DNA from: an uncultured Candidatus Saccharibacteria bacterium
GTDB taxonomy: Bacteria > Patescibacteriota > Saccharimonadia > Saccharimonadales > AWTP1-31
Reading direction: 5' to 3'
Length of the DNA stretch: 64,000 nt
NCBI GenBank assembly: GCA_964409615.1
Contig: CAYPDT010000001.1
Span: 587,102 to 651,101 of the forward strand
A program made the position numbers and the translations under genes. The notes beneath the pieces were generated by a model, which saw nothing but the letters and a program-made list of their open reading frames with translations, ran no database searches and was not told the DNA's origin. Every line of letters begins with the position of its first letter. Positions within the stretch are counted from its first letter, which is position 1. Shown in pieces: positions 57,475-64,000 of this stretch.

Positions 57475-57668
57475 TTCTTTTTCCTTGTTGAGCGGTCGGC
57501 AATAAACTTCTGCAGAGCCGTTTCGCTTACGCGGTAGCCTCTGCCCAACTTAATAGCTTCTAGCTTGCCGTCTTTGATGTAGGTGAGTACGCTTTGCCAG
57601 TGAACTTGTAGCATGTCTGCTATTTCCATTACCGTATAAAATCTATATCCATTCATTATGATCTCCAT
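57471..57668 (-). CDS. excisionase-family helix-turn-helix DNA-binding protein
   Basis: ..YTVMEIADMLQVHWQSVLTYIKDGKLEAIKLGRGYRVSETALQKFI.. matches the excisionase/MerR-like HTH_17 pattern. Stop overlaps the recombinase start. Confidence 0.65.
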   Translation of the reverse strand: MEIIMNGYRFYTVMEIADMLQVHWQSVLTYIKDGKLEAIKLGRGYRVSETALQKFIADRSTRKKK

Positions 57669-57977
57669 TATAAGTATTTATAACTAAATATCAATACTAA
57701 TCCTTATTATTGCTTCTTATTTCTTTCTCAATTTGTTCAAATAACTGATCGAATACGTCGTTTATAGTGTTGGATTCATATTCTTCAGCAGTGTATTCAA
57801 CGATTGGTTTTTCGGGCTGCTTATTATTATTCTTCGTTTTCATCATCCACCTCACGCATTGGCTTAGCTCTGCTTACTGCTTGTCTAGCATCTTGTAGCT
57901 ATCTCTTAAACAGGAATCCTATAAGTTACTTAATAATCTAATAGATAGTTATCTATATAGGATTTACCCTATAGGGT

Positions 57978-58337
57978 TTAAGAAGCCTTGCCCTCCATTT
58001 CTTCAAACGCTTTTCTCATTTCGGCATCTACGTCCATGTGTTCAAGGTCGCCGAAGACCTGCGTAGCGTCGTATTCGTTTGCTGCTTTCATGGCCAGTTC
58101 TTCCAGATATAGCCATAGTTCGCTTGATTTTTCGTAGTCGTAATTGGTCTTCCAGTCGCCGTTGGAGTTAAGGATCGCTGGTTTGTAGACCATGTATTCG
58201 CCTTGGTTTTTCTTAGACGGCACTACTCGTATACCATTCACATACCACCCAACCTCGGGGAAGTGAAGTTTTACAAAGAATGTTCCATTATCCCGCTTAC
58301 TAACTTCTGGGTAGTTGTGGCTGAAATCTATTCGCAT
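57978..58337 (-). CDS. hypothetical protein (mobile-element cargo)
   Basis: 119-aa ORF overlapping the next gene by 10 nt. No motif recognised. Confidence 0.4.
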   Translation of the reverse strand: MRIDFSHNYPEVSKRDNGTFFVKLHFPEVGWYVNGIRVVPSKKNQGEYMVYKPAILNSNGDWKTNYDYEKSSELWLYLEELAMKAANEYDATQVFGDLEHMDVDAEMRKAFEEMEGKAS

Positions 58338-58756
58338 GATGAACCTCCGTTGATGTTATGCCACAACAGGTGTAGCAAGTCGCACCAATCATCTGTGCTA
58401 CGGTAGTGGTCGCAGAACGTACAGTCTAGTTGGGCTTCCATGAGTTCTGCGTTCAGGCACTTACGACGACGCTGGTCTATATAGAACTTCTGACGTAGCC
58501 AGTTAGGTTTACGTTTGCCAGACTGCTTGAATAGCCACGTGGCTTCGGAGAGCTGGTTACGTGTGATTGTTATTTCGATTTTAGATGAAACTTTACGGCG
58601 TAAAGTCGTGTCTAATTCATGCGTCCGTGTATCGAGAGCATAATTCATGCGTCCCGAGTGATTATGTTGATTTTGTGGGCTAGTTACTTCCTTAAAGTTT
58701 CCCATTTCTTTTTTTCTCCAGTGAAACCGTTCGACAGGGTAATTGATATTAGTCAA
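58328..58756 (-). CDS. hypothetical protein with C-terminal Cys/His cluster
   Basis: 142 aa. C-terminus CLNAE...CTFCDHY...C..H..H..GG..C suggests a zinc-binding, possibly HNH-like, module. Confidence 0.4.
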   Translation of the reverse strand: MTNINYPVERFHWRKKEMGNFKEVTSPQNQHNHSGRMNYALDTRTHELDTTLRRKVSSKIEITITRNQLSEATWLFKQSGKRKPNWLRQKFYIDQRRRKCLNAELMEAQLDCTFCDHYRSTDDWCDLLHLLWHNINGGSSCE

Positions 58757-58867
58757 ACAGCCTCAAGTTGCATACCCATACTACTAATTATCGGTGACAG
58801 GTGGTAAAACCCGTAGGGGTAGAACTCAAGGCTGAATAGGGGTGAAATGCCCCTGAAATAAGTGACT

Positions 58868-59518
58868 TTAATCTGTTAGACTGACCTCTGCGTCAAGGAT
58901 CACTGTTTCCTTGAGGCGAAGATGTTCTGGGCCAATGCTGCTAACTGCATCACGTAATGCCGTAATTATGTAGTTGAATTCAATAACGCCGTCTTTGTCG
59001 TCTATATACTTACCCTTTTCGCCGGCGACTACCCATAATTTGCTCTTGGTAAAATATCGGTTGGGGTGCTTTGCCAGAAACTCAAAGATTTTGCGGTTTC
59101 TACTACCACGATTGAGCTTGAATGGTTCGCCGTTCATCTTACCTCTGCCAGTTTTAGTGGAATAAATAATTCTTGCACCGTGACCAGTTAAGGGGATCGA
59201 CTCAAACAGTTCGTTATAAAAGGCTTTGAACGTAGGGACGTCTACTATCTGAATGTGTATGTCGATCTTGAGAAGTTCATTAGGATTAAGAACTTGGATA
59301 AGTCCTTGCTCCACTAGTCTCTTTAGCCCCGTGCTTTGATAGTTATAATCTCGGAACTTGAAGCCGTCGTCACCGACATTGTGTAGGGGCAGCTGCTGTA
59401 TATATAAGTTTGGCTCGTGGCTTCGACTAAGCTCATCAAAAATCTGCTGAGCAACGAACAGTTCGGCTTGTTTTAGTTTAAGTTCAGGGTAGTTTGGGTC
59501 ACGCATGGCTGTACTCAT
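58868..59518 (-). CDS. hypothetical protein (possible wHTH C-terminal region)
   Basis: 216-aa ORF. No confident motif. Confidence 0.4.
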   Translation of the reverse strand: MSTAMRDPNYPELKLKQAELFVAQQIFDELSRSHEPNLYIQQLPLHNVGDDGFKFRDYNYQSTGLKRLVEQGLIQVLNPNELLKIDIHIQIVDVPTFKAFYNELFESIPLTGHGARIIYSTKTGRGKMNGEPFKLNRGSRNRKIFEFLAKHPNRYFTKSKLWVVAGEKGKYIDDKDGVIEFNYIITALRDAVSSIGPEHLRLKETVILDAEVSLTD

Positions 59519-59866
59519 TTTACGGAAAAAAATTCGGGCGGCCTACACCATAATTCTGGCAAGCGAAAAGATGAACGGGCATTGCGTACACTCTGTGACG
59601 CAGGAGGAATGCGTAGGACTCACGGAGTGGTGTTAAGATGGGGTTGTTATGGCCTTCGTGATAATTCTGCTCTCCGTTACTCTCCTCATCTTACTTGCCA
59701 GTAGGGGCAGGAGATATACGTCACCCAAGAGAATGGATCGACAGCAGCACAACGACGAACTCATAAGCATCATACTGCCGATAATCAACAATGATAAATA
59801 ACGTCTGGTACGTATACCAACTCTATATAATTGGAAGAAGACGTTAATACAAAAAGAGGAGTGTCC

Positions 59867-60100
59867 ATGCCCGTCAAACAGGCAATAGGCCGTCCACACA
59901 AAGTGGACTATCGGGTAATGATTAAGTTAGCTGACGCAATCCAGCACAACGCAACTATAGGTGAGGCTTGCCGCTTTGTAGGCATTTCTCGTCAAACATA
60001 TTTTTCGTACTTCAATAACAACCCAGTTTTTAGAGAAAAGATGCTTGCAGCAAAGAATAACCAGAACAAAGTGGTCTTTAGTTTTCTGACACTATCCTAG
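59867..60100 (+). CDS. small HTH protein (phage terminase-small-subunit/transposase-HTH-like)
   Basis: ..GRPHKVDYRVMIKLADAIQHNATIGEACRFVGISRQTYFSYF.. resembles the GRP.K...I...G....ACR..GIS..T...W HTH pattern. Confidence 0.35.
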   Translation: MPVKQAIGRPHKVDYRVMIKLADAIQHNATIGEACRFVGISRQTYFSYFNNNPVFREKMLAAKNNQNKVVFSFLTLS

Positions 60101-60150
60101 ATTAACTAGTCGCTTTTACAAGGTTTTGGTGTTTTTGGTGTCAAACAAAC

Positions 60151-60366
60151 CTAGAAGCTTGTCAGGTCGGATACTTTGGCATTCAAAGCTTTGGCTAGCT
60201 TCTCAAGGGTTTGCAGTGATGGATTGCGTAGCCCATTCTCTATCTCGGAAATATAGCTACGGTCTACTTTAGCAGCAAGACTAAGCCGTTCTTGTGACAT
60301 GCTCTGACTTTTTCGTAGATCATGTAACTTTTTACCCAGTTTTTGTTTAGAGCTTGTTCTTCCCAT
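60151..60366 (-). CDS. XRE-family (Cro/CI-type) HTH transcriptional regulator
   Basis: ..LRKSQSMSQERLSLAAKVDRSYISEIENGLRNPSLQTLEKLAKALNAKVSDL.. is the canonical HTH_3 pattern. ATG at 60364-60366. Confidence 0.8.
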   Translation of the reverse strand: MGRTSSKQKLGKKLHDLRKSQSMSQERLSLAAKVDRSYISEIENGLRNPSLQTLEKLAKALNAKVSDLTSF

Positions 60367-60400
60367 TCTCAAAGAATGGCACCGTAGACAATATTAATCA

Positions 60401-60416
60401 GTAGGCAATAGCCTAC
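60401..60416. promoter_or_regulatory. perfect 16-bp palindrome GTAGGCAATAGCCTAC (candidate operator)
   Basis: Lies in the divergent intergenic region between the XRE regulator (-) and the secreted-protein/NTase operon (+). A second inverted repeat CCATTCT-caa-AGAATGG sits at 60363-60379 over the XRE start codon. Confidence 0.35.
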
Positions 60417-60487
60417 AAAAGACTTGTTACTAACCTGTAAGTATGCAAAAATAACAATATTGGCAATAACCCACAAGAAAGGTGTAT

Positions 60488-60874
60488 ATGAACTGGTTTA
60501 AGAAACATAAGATTTTGTCGGTAATACTGGCATTGATCGTAATTGGAGTAGTAGCGAGTGCCGCAGGAGGTGGCGGTAGTAAGCCGAGTACTAATAGTAG
60601 CCAGAGTGACAGTTCGGCTAAGCCTGCCGAGGCAACGCCAGCTAAAACAAAGATAGCCTTAGAAGACTTTTACGCAAAAGTAGAGAACGGACAGACGAAG
60701 GCCGAGGTTCTAGCATTTGCAGAGGGGCGTGAACCAACAAGCTGTAGCGAATCGCAAAGTGAATATATTGGAAAAACCGAACTTTGTTCGTATGGAGGTT
60801 TTTCTGATGCAGGTATTGTCACCATTACCTATACCAATGAAAAGGTTGCTGGAAAATCCAAAACCAATTTCTAG
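60488..60874 (+). CDS. small secreted/lipoprotein-like protein
   Basis: ATG at 60488 with an AAAGG RBS. N-terminal TM/signal (ILSVILALIVIGVVASAAGG), a Ser-rich linker, and a C-terminal domain with two Cys. Confidence 0.45.
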   Translation: MNWFKKHKILSVILALIVIGVVASAAGGGGSKPSTNSSQSDSSAKPAEATPAKTKIALEDFYAKVENGQTKAEVLAFAEGREPTSCSESQSEYIGKTELCSYGGFSDAGIVTITYTNEKVAGKSKTNF

Positions 60875-61008
60875 TAATTGTCGGTTTTACAGCCGAGCCT
60901 TAGGGCTCGGTATAAAGCTGAAAATTGATAGTGTTAAGTACATTTGAAAGAAGTGCTTATGCTTTGTAGCATGATGTTTGAGGCGCATAATAGCTGCAGG
61001 AATAACAA

Positions 61009-61854
61009 ATGACTATAAATCAACACTTCACTGAGCTACTAGGTAAATTAACTCCCTCAAGCGCTGAAAACGCTACTTACGCTGCCCACCGCGACTCAGT
61101 TGAGGCTAAGTTGAAATCGTCGTTTAACGTAACGTACACTATGGAAACTGGTTCGTTTAGGAGCGGAACAGGCGTTAGATACAATACTGATCTAGACATA
61201 CTGGCATCCATACCCGCCATCTACCAGAAAGATAGTTCGTCGAATATGCTGCAGTCGGTCAAGACTGAGCTGGAGGAAAAGTTCTGGGCAAGTGACATAC
61301 ATATTAATACGCCGTCGGTAGTCTGCAATTTTAGCAATTTTAAGACCATTGAGGTCACTCCTGGGTACTACCAGAGGACTGAAAACGGCTACTATGTGTA
61401 CAAGATTCCAGATTTTGGTGGTGGCTGGCAAATATCAGCACCGTCTGCACACATCTCATACGTCAACACCGTGAACAATGCTCTCAACAAGAAGGTTAAG
61501 CACGTAATACGGCTTATAAAAGCAATTAAATACGCCCAAAACATCCCAATATCTTCATTTTACCTGGAGCTAAGAATTGCTAAATACTGCTCCAACGAAA
61601 CCTACATAGATTATGAACAGGACGTACTACGTGTCCTGAATAGATTGGTGGACGATGGCTTATCTAACATGCAAGACCCCATGGGAATCTCTGGGTATAT
61701 TGAACCCTCTAGTACGGCGCTCAAAAAAGAAGAGGCGTTATCGAAGCTAACTACCGCTCGGAATAGGGCAAGGGAAGCGGTGGATCAACAGAAGAATGGC
61801 AGTCACACGAATTCTATATATTGGTGGGCAAAAGTTTTTGACAGGGAATTTTAA
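61009..61854 (+). CDS. SMODS/CD-NTase-like nucleotidyltransferase (Pol-beta NTase fold)
   Basis: ..ETGSFRSGTGVRYNTDLDIL.. fits the hG[GS]-x10-D-h-D-h NTase active-site pattern. About 280 aa. Followed by a translationally coupled 2TM gene. Confidence 0.55.
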   Translation: MTINQHFTELLGKLTPSSAENATYAAHRDSVEAKLKSSFNVTYTMETGSFRSGTGVRYNTDLDILASIPAIYQKDSSSNMLQSVKTELEEKFWASDIHINTPSVVCNFSNFKTIEVTPGYYQRTENGYYVYKIPDFGGGWQISAPSAHISYVNTVNNALNKKVKHVIRLIKAIKYAQNIPISSFYLELRIAKYCSNETYIDYEQDVLRVLNRLVDDGLSNMQDPMGISGYIEPSSTALKKEEALSKLTTARNRAREAVDQQKNGSHTNSIYWWAKVFDREF

Positions 61855-62357
61855 TGAACACGAAGCAGATACTCACTGAAGCTAAGAGAATAGAAGAATC
61901 CGCAAAATATAGCGCACAGGGTCAATTTGAGCAGGCTAAAATCTGGTCTAAGAGGAGCACATTTCTTGGTATACCTTCGTCTGGCTTGGGGGCTGTCGCA
62001 GGAATAGGCGGTTTGGCAGACTTGTTCGGCAATAAAGTGACGGGACTGCTTGCTATCGGTGCTGCTTTTCTGACGGCCATAATGACCACATTAAATTATT
62101 CTAAAAAGATAGATCAAACACATGCTTCGGCAAATGCTTATCTGGCATTACAGCAGGACGCAAGAATATTCGTCGAGATTGATTTGAACACTATTAATGC
62201 TCAGGCTGGAAGGGAAGCATTATCTGAACTAGTCGCGAGGCAACAAGAAATTAATAAGACAGCAATTATTCCTAGTCCTCGAGCGTACAAAAAAGCACAA
62301 GAAAATATCAAGAAGGGTGGCCAGACATACAAGGTAGATGGAAAAAAACAGAGGTAG
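61854..62357 (+). CDS. SLATT-like 2-TM effector protein
   Basis: 167 aa. An N-terminal helix, two adjacent TM helices (LGIPSSGLGAVAGIGGLADLF and VTGLLAIGAAFLTAIMTTL), and a C-terminal helical region. ATG overlaps the NTase stop (TAATG). Confidence 0.5.
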   Translation: MNTKQILTEAKRIEESAKYSAQGQFEQAKIWSKRSTFLGIPSSGLGAVAGIGGLADLFGNKVTGLLAIGAAFLTAIMTTLNYSKKIDQTHASANAYLALQQDARIFVEIDLNTINAQAGREALSELVARQQEINKTAIIPSPRAYKKAQENIKKGGQTYKVDGKKQR

Positions 62358-62397
62358 GTAGCTTGACCAAATAGCATAAGAGTGATAAGGTAAATTA

Positions 62398-64000
62398 ATG
62401 ACAACTGCAGATACGTTTCCTGTAGCGGCACCACAAGAAAAACAAAAAATACCAGAATCACCAGACTTTATCGCTCAGATTGAGCGGCTTGAAGGCATGG
62501 CTAGTGATGGGATTGAGACTCCTAATGGCCTCGAATCAATGCAGTTTAGGTCAGGAATCGAAGTCGAGTTTAGCTTGGTTGATCCTGCTAACTATAGGAA
62601 GTTTTTGTCAGATCGTGCTGTATCTGACGCTGAACGTTTAGAGAGGCAGATTGCTGAACGACCAGAACATGAGGAATCAGTACGAAAATCTCACAACGAA
62701 TCAGTTACAAGCTTTACAGAGTATCAGAGTTCGCTAATACTGAATCCTCAAAAAATAGATGGTGAAAAGATGGACACCACCGAGCTTCTAGATGAGTTTC
62801 GACAATATGCTGCAGATTTTGTTAGCCGTCTCCCTGCAGCTGACGGCAGTGAAGAAGAGAAAAGACGGCTATGGCTTGATCAAATACCTAGCTTTGGAAC
62901 ACGAGAGATAATTAACTTTTTACTCTATGAAGAATTTTCTAATCCCACACTTGAAGACGTGAAACCTCCAGTCGGTGGTACCGTGGATGAGTTAGATGCA
63001 TACTCTGAAAAGCAAGGCTGGCTAGAGTTCAGGTTTGGAAATGGTGCGTTACAAACAGGGTATTACGACAACGAAGGTGTTTGTGAAATTAGACAAGCTC
63101 CATGTTCGCCGAGTGAAGCACTTAGGCGTAAGGCCGTTATGCAGACGCGACTTATTGAGCTTGCTGATCAGTTTGGCGTTCTTGTACGGACGAGTGCAGA
63201 GGGTGAACACATTAACCTGAGTGTTTACGCACAGCACAATAACGAGGGTGATTTCTATCCGCTCATTGGACAGGATGAGGCGCGACGCCCAAGGACGTTA
63301 GATATTACGGCGGGCGTTGTCGAGGCATATGCAGACGGTTTATGGCTCAATCCTAAAAATATGAAATATCCGCATTACTTCCAGCAACCTCATGGAGGTA
63401 GCCATCTAAGAATGGGCCCATCTAGAAAAGGCATTCGTATAGTTGATGATCTTATAGAGCTAAGAGCAGGGTTTGCGCAGGCTGATCAAGCGACTAACTG
63501 GCTTATGGCAGGTGCGATTGCAGGTCTTCAAGAAGGTCATGAGGCAATAACCGCACAAGGCTATGAAACCCCTCTAGAGACTACGGTGTTCAGGGTTCAC
63601 AGGCAGCCAGACTTTGATAAAGATAATGATCTTCAGATTCAGCGAGCATTCGAGAACTCAAATAGGACGGACGGAGTTTTCGAACTCGATAGTGGGTATA
63701 ACATGATAAGAGGCGTTGAAATTACGCAAAGCCTCCTTGGTCTTGACGATGGAACACAGGGCTCAGATATACTTAATGATTTAGTCATCTCAAGTGCTCA
63801 AATTGATGGTGATGGTTTTCCATATGTCTCACCTGAAGACCTCCGTAATAAGTTCGAAACTTTCAATGAAAGGTATAAGAACTCTGTTGAAGGAGCTGCA
63901 GGCACGAACTTCGAAGAGATTGCTGCCAAAGTAAACGCCCGTTTCAAGAGGATAAAGCTAGAGCCTGTAACTGTTATAACTGGCGACGCAAAGTACGCAG
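62398..64000 (+). CDS. glutamine synthetase (type III-like) catalytic-domain protein, 3'-truncated by window end
   Basis: The reading frame from ATG at 62398 stays open to the window end, so it is absent from the closed-ORF track. Has GS motifs ..AEGEHINLS.. (cf. GSGxHxNxS), ..GPSRKGIRIV.. (cf. NRSASIRIP) and ..LIELRAGFAQADQATNWLMAGAIAGL.. (cf. RIEVRxPDxxxNPYLxxAAxLxAGL). Confidence 0.55.
   Translation, partial: MTTADTFPVAAPQEKQKIPESPDFIAQIERLEGMASDGIETPNGLESMQFRSGIEVEFSLVDPANYRKFLSDRAVSDAERLERQIAERPEHEESVRKSHNESVTSFTEYQSSLILNPQKIDGEKMDTTELLDEFRQYAADFVSRLPAADGSEEEKRRLWLDQIPSFGTREIINFLLYEEFSNPTLEDVKPPVGGTVDELDAYSEKQGWLEFRFGNGALQTGYYDNEGVCEIRQAPCSPSEALRRKAVMQTRLIELADQFGVLVRTSAEGEHINLSVYAQHNNEGDFYPLIGQDEARRPRTLDITAGVVEAYADGLWLNPKNMKYPHYFQQPHGGSHLRMGPSRKGIRIVDDLIELRAGFAQADQATNWLMAGAIAGLQEGHEAITAQGYETPLETTVFRVHRQPDFDKDNDLQIQRAFENSNRTDGVFELDSGYNMIRGVEITQSLLGLDDGTQGSDILNDLVISSAQIDGDGFPYVSPEDLRNKFETFNERYKNSVEGAAGTNFEEIAAKVNARFKRIKLEPVTVITGDAKYA

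Larger units (their letters stand above)
55822..64000. mobile_element. putative integrated mobile/defence island (serine-recombinase type), right end beyond window
   Basis: Recombinase plus excisionase-HTH at the ychF junction. Small overlapping genes of unknown function, XRE and HTH regulators, and a NTase/2TM cassette. Lower GC by eye than the upstream core region. Confidence 0.45.

Noticed and set aside
62201-62461. Minus-strand 86-aa ORF spanning the SLATT/GS-like junction
   Set aside because: It is hydrophobic and low-complexity, and antisense to two supported genes. It is likely spurious.

Overview
This is a gene-dense bacterial chromosomal segment, about 90% coding, with mostly short intergenic regions. 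Roughly the first 55.8 kb look like core housekeeping genes. The last ~8 kb (55.8-64 kb) have the gene content of an integrated mobile or defence island; their GC content only looks lower by eye and was not computed.

Recognisable core genes in the first ~55.8 kb:
- Chaperones: groES-groEL, with two tandem CIRCE operators over a sigma70-like promoter.
- Central metabolism and envelope: a bifunctional archaeal-type PGI/PMI, a PIG-L deacetylase, and a lipid cluster of a CarS-like CDP-archaeol-synthase homolog, a PHP phosphoesterase and a CDP-alcohol phosphatidyltransferase.
- Translation and RNA: argS, rpsT, truB, an ABC-F ATPase, rpsO-pnp (pnp with a TTG start), RNase J, rpsF-ssb-rpsR, efp and tlyA.
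- Replication and repair: dnaG-rpoD, polA, fpg, holA, a family-4 UDG, ftsK, and an AlkD-like alkylation repair gene.
- Others: mscL, an orphan pyrB, msrB, an HxlR/FMN-reductase divergent pair, orn, a P-type ATPase, folP and ychF.

The gene content (archaeal-type PGI/PMI and CarS-like genes, Thr/Pro-rich surface proteins) suggests a reduced-genome Gram-positive-like bacterium, possibly Patescibacteria/CPR such as Saccharibacteria. This is inference only.

From 55.8 kb a large serine recombinase gene overlaps the 5' end of ychF, followed by an excisionase-family HTH and small unknown genes. An XRE regulator with palindromic operator candidates is divergent from an operon of:
- a secreted protein;
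- a SMODS/CD-NTase-like nucleotidyltransferase;
- a translationally coupled 2TM SLATT-like effector;
- a large glutamine-synthetase(type III)-like ligase, truncated by the window end.

This NTase + 2TM pair with an adjacent GS-like gene is the best candidate for a novel or poorly described anti-phage signalling system.

Other findings:
- DnaG has lost all four zinc-ribbon ligands.
- An Arg-type EF-P is translationally coupled to an HExxH protein.
- A catalytically degenerate DHH/NrnA-like protein carries long disordered tails.
- Three genes have consensus promoters placed for leaderless transcripts.

No rRNA, tRNA or CRISPR array was found.
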